Assembly: GCF_001194135.2 (NCBI RefSeq)
Contig: NC_068985.1
Span: 126,102,519-126,159,300 of the forward strand
Direction: 5' to 3'
Length of the DNA stretch: 56,782 nt
Source: Octopus bimaculoides
Lineage: Eukaryota
In this document: positions 12,145 to 25,282 of the stretch, in pieces
How the letters are laid out: every line of letters starts with the position of its first letter
Position numbering within the stretch: position 1 is the stretch's first letter
The notes under the pieces: model-generated
What the model saw: only the letters and a program-made list of their open reading frames with translations
What the model was told of the DNA's origin: nothing
Databases searched by the model: none
Position numbers and translations under genes: made by a program

Positions 12145-13912
12145 TGACGATGATAGTTTCTGAGTCGAAGGCGACCAGAACCTTGTGGGTGGGCATTATG
12201 TATGTATGTTGTATATATATATATACATATATATANNNNNNNNNNNNNNNNNNNNNNNNNNNNNNNNNNNNNNNNNNNNNNNNNNNNNNNNNNNNNNNNN
12301 NNNNNNNNNNNNNNNNNNNNNNNNNNNNNNNNNNNNNNNNNNNNNNNNNNNNNNNNNNNNNNNNNNNNNNNNNNNNNNNNNNNNNNNNNNNNNNNNNNNN
12401 NNNNNNNNNNNNNNNNNNNNNNNNNNNNNNNNNNNNNNNNNNNNNNNNNNNNNNNNNNNNNNNNNNNNNNNNNNNNNNNNNNNNNNNNNNNNNNNNNNNN
12501 NNNNNNNNNNNNNNNNNNNNNNNNNNNNNNNNNNNNNNNNNNNNNNNNNNNNNNNNNNNNNNNNNNNNNNNNNNNNNNNNNNNNNNNNNNNNNNNNNNNN
12601 NNNNNNNNNNNNNNNNNNNNNNNNNNNNNNNNNNNNNNNNNNNNNNNNNNNNNNNNNNNNNNNNTAATAATAATAATAATAATAATGATGACGATGATAG
12701 TTTCTGAGTCGAAGGCGACCAGAACCTTGTGGGTGGGCATTATGTATGTATGTTGTATATATATATATACATATATATACATAGTACACGTTTTATCACA
12801 ATTGTTATGATAATATATAAATAATGAAGATTACAGCTTATACTAAAGATCATATGTCTATCTTAAAGTGGTGGAGAATAAATCATCCATGCATGATTAG
12901 ATTAGAGATAATCATACGAACATCAATTGATGATTGGAAACAGGATCAGTTCAAGATCAGATAGGCAGATATAGTCTCCATCTGCTGCTTCATACACTTG
13001 GTAAATACGTATGCACATAAATACGTAAGTGCGTATATGCATATAGAAAAGCATGCCTACGTGAATACATGCATACACGAATAGCTACAAACATACACGC
13101 AAGTACATATATTACATTCGCATTTATACTTTGATACGCAAATATACCGAGATCTGTGCGTGTTTTTAATATGAATAATATATATTTCTAACTTACATGT
13201 GTGTTCATGTGTACATATATATATATATATATACATACATACATATAATAGACATAAACGCAAATAGAGGGAATGAGAGAGCTTAGGACAAGGAGAAACA
13301 CACACATATATATATATATATATANNNNNNNNNNNNNNNNNNNNNNNNNNNNNNNNNNNNNNNNNNNNNNNNNNNNNNNNNNNNNNNNNNNNNNNNNNNN
13401 NNNNNNNNNNNNNNNNNNNNNNNNNNNNNNNNNNNNNNNNNNNNNNNNNNNNNNNNNNNNNNNNNNNNNNNNNNNNNNNNNNNNNNNNNNNNNNNNNNNN
13501 NNNNNNNNNNNNNNNNNNNNNNNNNNNNNNNNNNNNNNNNNNNNNNNNNNNNNNNNNNNNNNNNNNNNNNNNNNNNNNNNNNNNNNNNNNNNNNNNNNNN
13601 NNNNNNNNNNNNNNNNNNNNNNNNNNNNNNNNNNNNNNNNNNNNNNNNNNNNNNNNNNNNNNNNNNNNNNNNNNNNNNNNNNNNNNNNNNNNNNNNNNNN
13701 NNNNNNNNNNNNNNNNNNNNNNNNNNNNNNNNNNNNNNNNNNNNNNNNNNNNNNNNNNNNNNNNNNNNNNNNNNNNNNNNNNNNNNNNNNNNNNNNNNNN
13801 NNNNNNNNNNNNNNNNNNNNNNNNNNNNNNNNNNNNNNNNNNNNNNNNTTGTAGTACTCGGTGTTACTTTGAGGCACCCCTTAGATTTATCATCTCTCGA
13901 TCTATACACGCG

Positions 13913-13978
<66 letters not shown>

Positions 13979-14179
13979 CATACATACATATAATAGACAT
14001 AAACGCAAATAGAGGGAATGAGAGAGCTTAGGACAAGGAGAAACACACACATATATATATATATATACACATACTTTTTTAATGTTTTTCTTAAGTTTAT
14101 TTTTTGAACTTGTGGATGACACACGAGATGTCGAAATAGCGTTCACTTGATAACAAGGCACTCTTCTATTTTTGCTAAT

Positions 14180-14189
14180 AATAATAATA

Positions 14190-14255
<66 letters not shown>

Positions 14256-14275
14256 GTGGTGGTGAAGATGATGAT
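14180..14275. repeat. (AAT)n(GAT)n(GGT)n compound microsatellite
   Basis: Direct reading. Confidence 0.9.
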
Positions 14276-14282
14276 AAATACA

Positions 14283-14840
14283 CTAACGCAGTACCAGGCA
14301 GTGGCTCTCATGGCTTTCGATTTTAACAGACTGAAGGTGTCATCATATACATGTTTTGTCGTGGTATAAAAGATGGGCTACAGCAAATATTCTGCTCAAT
14401 ACCTCAGATTTGCTTGTCCGTTGCTTGACCTTAATAGTTGAGCATATATACCTTGGTGGCTGACGATTTGTGCATCTCTGATCACGAGCAGAAGTCGTAG
14501 TGTAGCATCATAGCTACGTATTGAGAGGAATTCTTTAGGGTTTGAATAATTCTCCTCTGAAAAAATGGGTGTTTCGTTCATCATCCTTAAACAAACCTTA
14601 TTCAGGGACCATTTGGACGGGATGGGCTACTTGACCTGAACAAAATCCTTCACTGGGCCCCACCTGCAAGGTCATACGCTGTTTACCTTGATACAAGGTC
14701 ACTGTGCTGCACACATATGGTTGTGATGCGTGTACCTGGTGTACCCTTATCAGACGAGTTGTCATGATGGGTATACTGAGCTTCGTATATTTGTACCACA
14801 GTGTCACTTTGGTGGCATGCACTGCTCTCTCACTCAATAA
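14283..14840. mobile_element. Probable interspersed repeat of unknown class
   Basis: GC-richer block without a recognisable ORF, bounded by trinucleotide tracts; single copy here. Its repeat status rests on my recollection of octopus repeats. Confidence 0.35.
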
Positions 14841-14851
14841 TAAGGATAATA

Positions 14852-15056
14852 ATAATCCTTTGTACACAAGGCCTGAAATTGGGAGGGACAAGTTCATTAC
14901 ATCGATCCCGGTACTCAAGTGGTACTTATTTTATCGACCCCGAAAGGATGAAAGATAAAGTCGGCCTTGGAAGAATTTGAATTCTGAACGTAAGGGCGGA
15001 CGAAGTGCCGCTAAACATTTTGTCCGGCATGCTAAAGATTCCACCATCTCGCCGCC

Positions 15057-15057
<1 letters not shown>
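14852..15057 (-). mobile_element. Family A SINE (tail variant 2)
   Basis: Same head and core as 918-1147; tail CCCTCCCAATTTCAGGCCTTGTGTACAAAGGATTATTATT. Confidence 0.88.
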
Positions 15058-15133
<76 letters not shown>

Positions 15134-15135
15134 TT
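15058..15135. repeat. (TAA)n microsatellite
   Basis: Direct reading. Confidence 0.95.
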
Positions 15136-16579
15136 GAAAAAATAATAATTTATGAAGAAAAAGTAGTAAAATTAAAGGAAGGGAGAATAAAGAGAAAAAA
15201 TGTGAAAGAAAGAAAAAGGGAAAAGGAAGTGTTGGGTTATCTATCCATAGATAAACGCTATTTCGCAATTTTGTGTAAAGCAAATGAATATGTAGATTGT
15301 AATAAAGTATTTATGAAAAGCTTCTAAAGAAACGGCTTTAGCGAATTTCAAATTAAATGAGAATTTCTTAATGTCATTCAGAGAGTGGCTGGATTGACGT
15401 TGTATCCTGTTGGTTTAATTGATTTATTTACCTCATCCTAAGAACAAGAATAAAGGTGAGCTTCATTAGAATTAAAAGTATTCATTTGTTTTATTTATTT
15501 TTCATTAAGGGATTTAAGCTGGTTTTCTTGTTTTTTTTTTTTTACTTTTTATTTTACATACATCATTCTCCACATTTTTGCATGAGCCAACTGTATATAT
15601 ATATATGTAATTTTTATATACATACGTCTTCATTATGCACATCAATTAAGGTCAGAAAGAAAGGGATATAAAATCCGGATATTCGTGTGATTTTCATAAG
15701 AATTAATTTTCTCCTCTCACTATAGACAATTTTGTCCTTACATTAAACTCACGACCGTTTTCGCAGTTGCTAATTTCTCCTTGAAAATTTACGATACAAT
15801 TTGTTTCATTTGCATTCATTTCTTAATCCCTTTATCGCATTCTAGTTCGCCGTTTATCGCTTATTAAGCGGATTTCTTTGAATCAATCTTTTTTTATGAA
15901 AAGACGCCTTCGCTCTTTCTCAATTCAATTAATTTCCACAGTTTACATCCGATATAGTAATATAAAGCCTTTCTTATATTCAAACTCAACGGGCACAGTG
16001 ATGTACCATAATCCTGCTGGATGGATTTCTTTGCAAGGGGAATTCCATGACAACGATGACAATTAATATTATGGTGGGGTGTGTGTGACTGCATCACGGC
16101 CCAAATCTTTAGAAGGACTTCAATTTAGTCGGGAAAGTAACAAAACATAGCTGCTAATTGTGCATTGTGCTAATTGTGCTAATTGTGCTAATTGTGCATT
16201 GTTGCAGTTGCATGGGTTGTTGTTACTGATGCTGTAGTCGTTGCTGTTGGTGCTATTCTTATTTAACACGAGCGCAGGCTTAATCGATAATATGTCATCG
16301 ATATCCTAAGCAGTGAATTTAGAGCTATATCATCCAATGTACGCCTTCTTTCTGAAAACGCAAAACAAAAACGACAAAGTGAATACTTTTACAAGAAATG
16401 AGCATTGACAGATGAATAAATGAATTACTGAACAAACCAAGTGGCCAGTGGTTCGTCTCCTTCATCACTTTTAAATAGCTATGTCCATCGAACTAAGAAT
16501 AGGATTGATCTGTGCCATACAATTGAAAATACTGATACCTTTAGGAGAAAAAACACAGAGTGAGTAAGGTTGCTTTTAC

Positions 16580-17700
16580 AAGCAGAGGAATTACGTAGAA
16601 TATGTGAGGTACCTATAAGTACAGTCTTTCGTAATTAGCCTATTATTTTGGGGCTGCCAGGCATTTGATCTATATACTTGTTTACTCCTCTTGATATCAT
16701 TTCAAGTGCCCCAATGATAATAGTTAATGCCCTTGTTTTGAGATGCCACATTCTTCTCATTTCAATGTTCAGGTCCTTATACTTGCTCAGCTTCTCAAAC
16801 GTTTTCAGTGATATGTTTCTGTCGGCTGCGAGTGCAACAGCAATTAGAAAACAAATTCCTTTGATACGATTTTTCACAATGCGATCAGATTTATGTATCT
16901 ATATTTACTGAACAGTTAGAACACTGAAATTCCAGAGGATGGTAGCCTCAGCATTCTGGACAACCTGTGTAGCTTATGTTTCCGCCAATTGTTTTTGTGA
17001 GAAAGGTTGTATGTGCGGCAAATTGACCAGTGTGTGTGCTGAGCTGCTCTGTCATGACATTACAAGTAATTCTGTTGGTGCCAATCTAGGACATTCAGAG
17101 ACTATGTGGTCGATTGTCTCTGAGTTCTCTCTGCATATTCCGTATAATGAGCTGCTTTCATATTTGTGGACATCACTCTAGTGATTCCTAGTTGTAAGGG
17201 ACTGGTCTTAAGTAGCAATGACAAAACATTTCAGCTTCTGGTTTGAGATCAGAGCATAACAGCCATTGATGAGTAAGGGCTTGATCTACAAAAGGGTCCC
17301 TGATTCTAGTTGATTCTTTGTTATGCTGTGACCTTTGCTCCCATTTCTTATGAATTTATTGGAGGTTGGTTTATTTGGCTATGGTTTTTAGTTGTTTTAC
17401 ATTGTCTTCGGGTACTAGTTCGTCTAGTTGCATTTCTCAAAGGTATACTTTCACATTTTTCATCACTGAGTGCAACCGTTTGCTATAGTCACGTTTCAGA
17501 ACCAGCTTTAATATCCGGTCGTTTGCGTATTGCAGGTAGGCAGACAGTCCCATGGTTGCAATTTTCAATGAGAATTGAGATTGTATTAACCCCCACCGAC
17601 TGCTTTCTTTTCTCGGGAGGTATATTCGGTCTGTGTCTGTTTTGGGGTGATACATACGATGCATTGTCATCAGCTTTTCGTATTTTGACGTCAACTTTGT
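16580..17700 (-). mobile_element. RLE-type non-LTR retrotransposon (R4/Dong-like), 3' part
   Basis: HPKTDTDRIYLPRKE (post-RT), CRENSETIDHIVSECPRLAPTE (CCHC knuckle) and LIAVALAADRNISLKTFEKLSKYKDL..IIIGAL (RLE domain). Confidence 0.88.
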
Positions 17701-17733
17701 TGTTGTTGTTGTTGTTGGTGGTGGTGGTGATGT

Positions 17734-17793
<60 letters not shown>

Positions 17794-17795
17794 AG
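17698..17795. repeat. (GTT)n(GGT)n(AGT)n compound microsatellite
   Basis: Direct reading. Confidence 0.95.
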
Positions 17796-18353
17796 TGGTG
17801 GTTTGGAGCAATCTTCTAATTATATGCCTTTGGGAATTTGTTCTGATCATTTATGATTTGAGTTCAAGCCTTGTTCAGTTTGACTTCGACCTTAACTCTT
17901 CAGATATCGATAAAATAAAGAAACGACCAAGTAATAAACTCAATATAATTGACTAAACCCACACGCTAAATCTGTTATCTTGTACCTGTGTTAGACTTCG
18001 TTTTCGATATTCTTATTATTTTGAGGAAAGTAATAGATAACATCGATAAAACATTTTAAGACCGCATCAGGAAATGGCCAAATGTATCATTTATAGGTTG
18101 TCGATCAATTAAGCACCAATCGAGACCAAAGTTCAAAAATGACGCCGACATCCTACATCAAAATCTATGACACAGTACATATTTTAAAACCTTATATTAA
18201 TATAAAGTTATGTGTATGATATAATACGCCTTAAAACCATACCTCTTTATTAACAGGCCATCTATTAAAAAATCCATTCTAATATGTTTATGTTTGCAGT
18301 AGTTTGTAATCTTTATGTTAGTATAATGGTTTATTTTCGCTAATTTGTAGATA

Positions 18354-18354
<1 letters not shown>

Positions 18355-18407
<53 letters not shown>

Positions 18408-18491
18408 CGTGTCAATGGATATACATATGTGTGTATGTATTTGTGTGTATGTGAGTATATCTATCAATCTCTCTCTTTCTCTCTCTCTATT

Positions 18492-18580
<89 letters not shown>

Positions 18581-18700
18581 ATTTAAGTATAGATATGTAT
18601 ATATATATGTGTGTATGTGCGAGTGGGTGTCTGTGTGCGCGTGTGTGTGTGTGTGTCTTTGTGTATGTGTGTGTGTGTGTCTGTTTGTGTGTGTGTAAAT
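18355..18700. repeat. GT/CT/TA compound microsatellite block
   Basis: Direct reading. Confidence 0.9.
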
Positions 18701-19065
18701 ATGTATATCAATGTATCCAGGGCGATTATATCGACATATCATTCATATATGCATATTGAATCATACGCATATGTCATTCAATATATGCGTGTCATACATA
18801 GCAAACAGGTTACGAAGCAGAAATCAACGGACACAAGCACACGCATGCACACACGCTTATAAGTATGCAAATATATTCAAGTATATCATTGCATGTGAAT
18901 ATGTGGGTTGGATAAAAATATTCATCTATCGTGTGTATAGGAATATAATATGATATAACATTATATGTGTGTGTGCATATGTGTGTATAAATCTCTCTCT
19001 CCCTCTCTCTCTTCACACACATGTATGTACATACATAAATTCACTCACATACAGAAGCAAATATA

Positions 19066-19100
<35 letters not shown>

Positions 19101-19483
19101 NNNNNNNNNNNNNNNNNNNNNNNNNNNNNNNNNNNNNNNNNNNNNNNNNNNNNNNNNNNNNNNNNNNNNNNNNNNNNNNNNNNNNNNNNNNNNNNNNNNN
19201 NNNNNNNNNNNNNNNNNNNNNNNNNNNNNNNNNNNNNNNNNNNNNNNNNNNNNNNNNNNNNNNNNNNNNNNNNNNNNNNNNNNNNNNNNNNNNNNNNNNN
19301 NNNNNNNNNNNNNNNNNNNNNNNNNNNNNNNNNNNNNNNNNNNNNNNNNNNNNNNNNNNNNNNNNNNNNNNNNNNNNNNNNNNNNNNNNNNNNNNNNNNN
19401 NNNNNNNNNNNNNNNNNNNNNNNNNNNNNNNNNNNNNNNNNNNNNNNNNNNNNNNNNNNNNNNNNNTGTGTGTGTGTGTGTGT

Positions 19484-19527
<44 letters not shown>

Positions 19528-19951
19528 CTATATACATGGACGATATAAAAAAGAAACATTGTTAACCTGATAGGAATATTGATTTATTCTGTTTCGTTAA
19601 AAAATTTTGTTAGTTTTTTTTTTCGCTTATAAAACATAAAGTGCTTCTCTGACCGATATTTATTTAAATATGCACGCATTTGATCGCACATATCTAAGCA
19701 TGTGTATGAGTATGTGCTTGTATGTGCGTGTGTGTATGTATGTGTGTATTTATAGATGTGCATGTGCACGCAGGTTCTTCAGTTTACGGTCCATTAAATC
19801 CCTAATAAAAGCGTGGGAACACTCAGGAGCTGCATATGTGTGTGCGTGTCTGTTTCTACGCATTTATTTGTATTCATGTATATTTTTTTAAATATCTATG
19901 TATATGTATTAATGTGTATATATATATATATATATGTGTCTGTGTATTTTG

Positions 19952-20010
<59 letters not shown>

Positions 20011-20015
20011 TTATG

Positions 20016-20048
<33 letters not shown>

Positions 20049-20054
20049 GGATGA

Positions 20055-20710
20055 ATGAATTATCCTTTACACTTAATTTGCACAATAACTCATACTTTCC
20101 ATACCACAAACTATTCACCAATCTCAAGTATATTAGTCCATCCAGTAATCACGCTAGGGCAATTACTTAGAATTTAGTTTAAAATATTTCAGTTAGATTG
20201 TCTAAACTATCCGCCAATGATGACATTTTTAACAAGGCAGAATTTTATAACTCTGCTTTAGTTAATGCAGGGTATAAAGAAAAAGTTACCTACATCGATT
20301 CTGTTCAATCTCATTCCTTATCCACTATTCGAGACAAGAAATCTAGTTGTAATAAGAAGAGTGATTTTAATTCTAATATGGACAACAACACAAAAAATAA
20401 TAAAATTCTTTTACAGAGTAAGGGAGGCAACCGTTATTTAAGCCCATTTTTTCACTCTAGAGGTAATTCACCGTTCTTTAGAGATAGTACCACTTACAAT
20501 TTGACTGGTGCTAGCAAAACTATTTGGTTTGTTATTCCGTTTGGAAGGCAAATTAAATCTAATCTTCCTTTGCAGTTCCGTGAAGCGTTTAGTAAAACTT
20601 TCCAAAAAATTCTAGATATTACTCCATTATTAATTCTCATATAGTTAGAGTTGCCTTCTCCAGCACAAAGAATCTTTCACAAATGATATCTTCATAAATT
20701 ATATCTTCTC
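20055..20710 (+). mobile_element. Penelope-like RT C-terminal fragment (third PLE family)
   Basis: FTLNLHNNSYFPYHK..YISPSSNH, SKLSANDDIFNKAEFYNSALVNAGYKEK and IWFVIPF resemble the PLE thumb and IIWFNPP region. Confidence 0.7.
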
Positions 20711-20711
20711 G

Positions 20712-20925
20712 CAGGATCATTAGCACGCCGGACGAAATGTTTGGCGGTATTTCGCCTGCGGCTACGTTCTGAATTAAGATTCCGCCGAGGTCGACTTTGC
20801 CTGTCATCCTTTCGGTATCGATAAAATAAGTACCAATTGAACACTGGGATCGATGTAATCGATTCATCCCCTCCCACAAAGTGGCTGCCCTTGTGGCAAA
20901 ATTTGAAGTCATTATTATTATTATC
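20712..20925 (+). mobile_element. Family A SINE (tail variant 3)
   Basis: TTAGCACGCCGGACGAAATG..GGTCGACTTTGCC..GATAAAATAAGTACC; tail CCCTTGTGGCAAAATTTGAAGTC(ATT)n. Confidence 0.88.
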
Positions 20926-21039
20926 ATTCCCTTTCACTACTCAGAGCTCACGATTTCACTTACTCCGGTTAATTCTGTAAGAGCAGACAGTATCTTATCG
21001 TCAGCGGTTTCACAGGGTTTCTTTCTACGACACTTAGCA

Positions 21040-21730
21040 CCCAAGTACCAATCTCAAAGTCCTCACTGTCCCGAATAAAGGCATTTTAGAGCATGTTCTA
21101 ACCTCATGTCAATCCCAATATCTCTGACCTGGTTGTTAATTATCCCAGTGTCCCTATAACTACTGGGATGACACTTCCTTCATCGTCCGCCTTTGTGCAA
21201 TCTCATCTTTAAGTTACTTGTACTTCTCAATCTTCTCCTGCTCTTGTCACCCACTCGTGCATTCCCAGGTATAGCAATGTATTTCTTTCTTCCTTTTATC
21301 CACTACAACAATACTTTGTCTCCGAGCATCAGTCACTGAGTCACACTGGATTGTAAAATCACATAAGATCTTATACCCATTGTTCTCGGCGGCACCTGGA
21401 TTATGCTTGTACTATTTCAATGTCCTTTCAAGGCCGTACTTCTCACACAATCTCCAGTGAAGAAACTTAGTAACGTTATCATGCCTTCTTTTGTATTCCT
21501 TTTGGGTCAATTTGCTATACTCACTCACATGATGTAAGACTGTTTCATTTGTGATACCGCATAACCTATAAAGAGCGATACACTTCTCTTACCTGTTTGG
21601 AACTTGGTGTAATTACTCCTCAGAGCTTGTTCCTGGGCGCTGCATATCAATGCTTCAGGGAATTCTTTCAGTTCATTTTTCCCTAACCACTTCCATGTGT
21701 TGGTTTTGTCTTTCCCTTCCATTTCTTTGC
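21040..21730 (-). mobile_element. RLE-type non-LTR retrotransposon (R4/Dong-like), 3' fragment
   Basis: EALICSAQEQALRSNY, QKEYKRRHDNVTKFLHW, DFTIQCD and EKIEKYK..VVIGTLG in broken frames. Confidence 0.85.
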
Positions 21731-22066
21731 AGTATTATCAAGGCCTTGCTTTCATTTTCCAGTTATTCAATCTACCCATGCATCCACCTATATTTCCTGC
21801 GCAAGGTTTAGAATATAAAAGATTTTTCCACAGCATTTGCTTGCCAACAACAGCAGCAACGAAGGATATGACAGACAATCCACAATTAGCCGCCGAAACA
21901 GTCCCTTTCCCCAACATCACAACCGTCACCACAAATAACATCAACAATTGTACAAATACCAACACTACAAGCAATCTTCGTCACTAATGAACAAATCATC
22001 ATCATCAATAAGAGAGATATAATGAGAGAGAAAAACAATGAGAGCAAGATGTCAGAGAGAAAGAGC

Positions 22067-22116
<50 letters not shown>

Positions 22117-23108
22117 TAAAATTCGACTTCAGTACTTGGCTGACACTGGGAGGGTTATTAAAGACAAAGTTATCTTCAGAACGATTTGATTTGAACTCAG
22201 AGTATAAAGATGGAAAAATACAGTAAAAATATCTCATTCTCTAATGACACTGCTAATCTACATTTTAAAAGGAAAAAGAGAAACAAAACAAGATGTGGCA
22301 GTCATGATAAAATGGCCATTCGATCAGGACTGAAACCAAACATCAACAGTAACAACGAGCAACCGCTCGCTAATTCTTCTTTGCCCTATCAACCCCACGT
22401 CATTGCGTGTAGCTTACAACTTTCTCGTTTGCAATCGCATTTCTAAATCACATTGTTCTTCAATAAATTGTTCCTGGGATTACAGATTGTGGTTTGTTAT
22501 TAGTGAGAAGGATTTTAATTTTAGTGTGTTTGTAGTAGATTAGAGTCATTTTATGGTTTCGCGTGGTGCATTTAGTATTCTATTATAAAAGTTTTTTATT
22601 TTTGATAATGCGCTTATCTATTTTATATTTGCTTACTTGTTTCCTGTATTTGACAACAATGCACTTACAAAATGTTCACAAAAAAGTGCAACGTTTCAAT
22701 GCACTACATCACCACAACAAAAACAAAATTAGATTGCAAAACATTAGCAAACAATATGTTTATATCCTTACATGATTGGAGCAATACGTATCGTCTAGTA
22801 CAATGCTAGCATAAATATACGAGTAACATATAATGATCACAAACGAAAATAAGCACCCTTGGTGCTGTATAAATTACGATTACGGCAACAATGCCTTCAC
22901 CAATCACATTGACACTGCGTAATATTAAACAGCAACATGCGGAAAACACATCAAGATCATTTCGTATAAAAGATGAGTGTCTAGAAATATTTATGACGGC
23001 GAAATACTTCATAACCTCTCTGTAGAAGAAGATACACCAGGTTAATTGATATGGTCTGTAGGAATTCAGGTAATTCAAACTCAACCAGTTGTCACCAGTC
23101 AAAATTGT

Positions 23109-23245
23109 CTTTTATCTTTTATCAGACAAAAGACAGTGGCCATGCTGGGGCACCACCTTGGAAGGATTTTAGTTAAACACGATCGACCTCAGTACTTATA
23201 TTTTTAAAGTCTGGTACGGATGTCGTGTCTTTAACCGAACTGCTA
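23109..23245 (-). mobile_element. Family B SINE 3' tail fragment
   Basis: Reverse complement contains AGCAGTTCGGTTAAAGA..GTACCAGACTTT..GGTGGTGCCCCAGCATGGCCAC..ATAAAAGATAAAAG. Confidence 0.7.
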
Positions 23246-23251
23246 CAAAAA

Positions 23252-23440
23252 CTGGTGTGTTTAAGTCCCTGTAAGCTTGGCAAAAGATACCAATAAAATA
23301 AGTACCAGGCTTTAAAAAATAAGTACTTAGAGACTTATTTTTTTATTATTAATATTTTGGAGTACTTCATTGAACTAAAAATTGTTCGAGGTGGTGCTCC
23401 AGCCGGATGACTGAAATAAGTAAACAATAAAAGATAAAAG
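23252..23440 (+). mobile_element. Family B SINE 3' tail fragment
   Basis: CTGGTGTGTTTAAGTCCC..GGCAAAAGATACCAATAAAATAAGTACCAGG..GGTGGTGCTCCAGC..GACTGAAATAAGTAAA. Confidence 0.7.
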
Positions 23441-23479
23441 GTCTATTAATAAAATTGATTGTATAATTATTCGGAATAC

Positions 23480-23540
23480 GCAGTGGGACTGAACCCGTAA
23501 CTATGTGGTTGGTAAGCAAGCTACTTACTACACAGCCACA
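23480..23540 (-). mobile_element. Family B SINE head fragment
   Basis: GCAGTGGGACTGAACCCG..ATGTGGTTGGTAAGCAAGCTACTTAC..CACAGCCAC matches 24466-24525. Confidence 0.8.
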
Positions 23541-24281
23541 TAGATTCTTTGAAACAGCTGCTGGTGCTGTCATGAAATGGCTGCAGTTCAATGACTGAAA
23601 CCTGGCGCAAAACATTTACTGTATAAATATATTATCGCGGTTTTATATAATTAATGCCTTTTCTCTAATACATTACTTCAAGAGCACAAACCAGTTAACC
23701 AAAACCTGTGAACTACTCGTGGCAACTATGTTGCTTCCTGTTTCTTTTGATACTAATCCAATCCCCCTCTTTCTTTCTCTCTTTTTCTCTCTTCCTCTCC
23801 CACATACATTTTCGACACAACTATACTAAACCACAATCTTTTTATGTCATTTCAAATTGCAAACCTTCACCATTTATAATTGTCTCCGCCCTTCTCCGTT
23901 TCAGTTTCGTTTGCACACTATCGGTTTGTTTTTTTTACATTATCACTTTCTCTCTCTCATCCTCTCTCTGTCTTCTTGTTTTCCTCTCTCTCTCTTTATT
24001 ACTGTTTTTCCAGAAATTTGCTGTTCTTTTACCAAGTTTTGTGTTTTTCATATCAACTATAATCGCACGCTATGCACCACATGCTTTTGTTCAATGCCAT
24101 ATTTCTCTTTTTCCAATTTCTTTCTTTCTCTTCTATGTCTGAATGAATGAATGTGTGTGTGTGTGTGTGTGTGTGTATATAAGTGTGTGTGCGCGCGCGG
24201 GCGTACGTGCGCGTGCGTCTTTATATTCGTGTTAGACTCTCAATGCTTAGTAAACGGTGTTGCTTTGTTTATATTCCAATA

Positions 24282-24535
24282 ACTTAGCCAGCATCGGTTG
24301 TCAAGCGATGTTGGGGAGACAAACACAGACACACAAACACACATATATATACATATACATATACATATATATGACGAGCTTCTTTCAGTTTCCATCTACC
24401 AAATCCACTCACAAGGCTTTGGTCGGCCCGAAGCTATAGTAGAAAACAATTTCCCAAGGTGCCAAGCAGTGGGACTGAACCCGGAACCATGTGGTTGGTA
24501 AGCAAGCTACTTACCACACAGCCACTCCCGCGCCT
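24282..24535 (-). mobile_element. Family B SINE (head, CORE, internal microsatellite, partial tail)
   Basis: Reverse complement AGGCGCGGGAGTGGCTGTGTGGTAAG..GGTTCAGTCCC..CACCTTGGGAAA..GACCAAAGCCTTGTGAGTGG. Confidence 0.9.
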
Positions 24536-24571
24536 GACAACAACAAAACAAAAAGGAATTTAACCAATTTT

Positions 24572-24775
24572 AGCAGAACAGTTAGCACGCCGGTCAAAAT
24601 ACTTAGCAGTAATTCGTCCGTTCTTATTTTCTGATTTCAAATTCTCCTGGGATTGACTTTGCTTTTCATCTTTTCGAGGTCGAGAAGATTAATATTGGTT
24701 GAACACTGGAATCAATGTAATTGTCTTGCCCACTCCATCGAAATTGGTGGCCTTGTGCCAAAGTTTGAAATCAAT
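24572..24775 (+). mobile_element. Family A SINE, diverged (tail variant 3)
   Basis: GCAGAACAGTTAGCACGCCGG..TTCAAATTC..GACTTTGCTTTTCATC..GCCTTGTGCCAAAGTTTGAAATC. Confidence 0.8.
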
Positions 24776-24993
24776 GTATAAAACTAGGCACATTACAATG
24801 GCAGCCGTTACAAGGCGTATAGAAAAACTGAGAAAGTGCGTGACAATCGTCTATTCCTGTGAAAAAGCTGCAGCTTTTCTGACGTGAGCAATGTTCTGAA
24901 GTTAACTTCACCTTTAATCAACAGGAAAGAATGGTATCCATGCTTCAGTATTTTCTTTTCCTGTACTTTTACTTTTGTGTATGTTTAATTTTT

Positions 24994-25044
<51 letters not shown>

Positions 25045-25282
25045 GGCTTGTGTATCTATTCGTCACGGCGTATTAGTAAATGCTCTATCTGAACATTTTA
25101 GAAAAATGTATGAAGTAAGCACAAGCATTTATCTGAATGTATACTCAGCATGGTTCTTGCGAAAGAGCATGTAACACTGGTCTACGAAGAGACCGACACT
25201 GCGATACTTTATCTTGTTCAATGACATCGATGCACTCCGCATACAGTCAGGCACTGAACATAAACAACTTGATATATAATAA

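Noticed and set aside
12102-12785. Identical about 130-bp sequence on both sides of the 12236-12664 gap
   Set aside because: An exact duplicate flanking a gap is typical of unmerged contig overlap; treated as an assembly artefact.
13215-14068. Identical about 110-bp unit before and after the 13326-13848 gap
   Set aside because: Bounded by microsatellites and a gap; most likely misassembly. Long reads would be needed to call a real duplication.
17310-17819. 169-aa hydrophobic ORF resembling a membrane protein
   Set aside because: Antisense frame of the RLE LINE plus a GTT/AGT microsatellite.
22806-23102. 98-aa minus-strand ORF
   Set aside because: No recognisable motif, TTG start, no convincing splice boundaries.
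23708-24142. 144-aa F/L/S-rich ORF
   Set aside because: Product of CT-rich low complexity.
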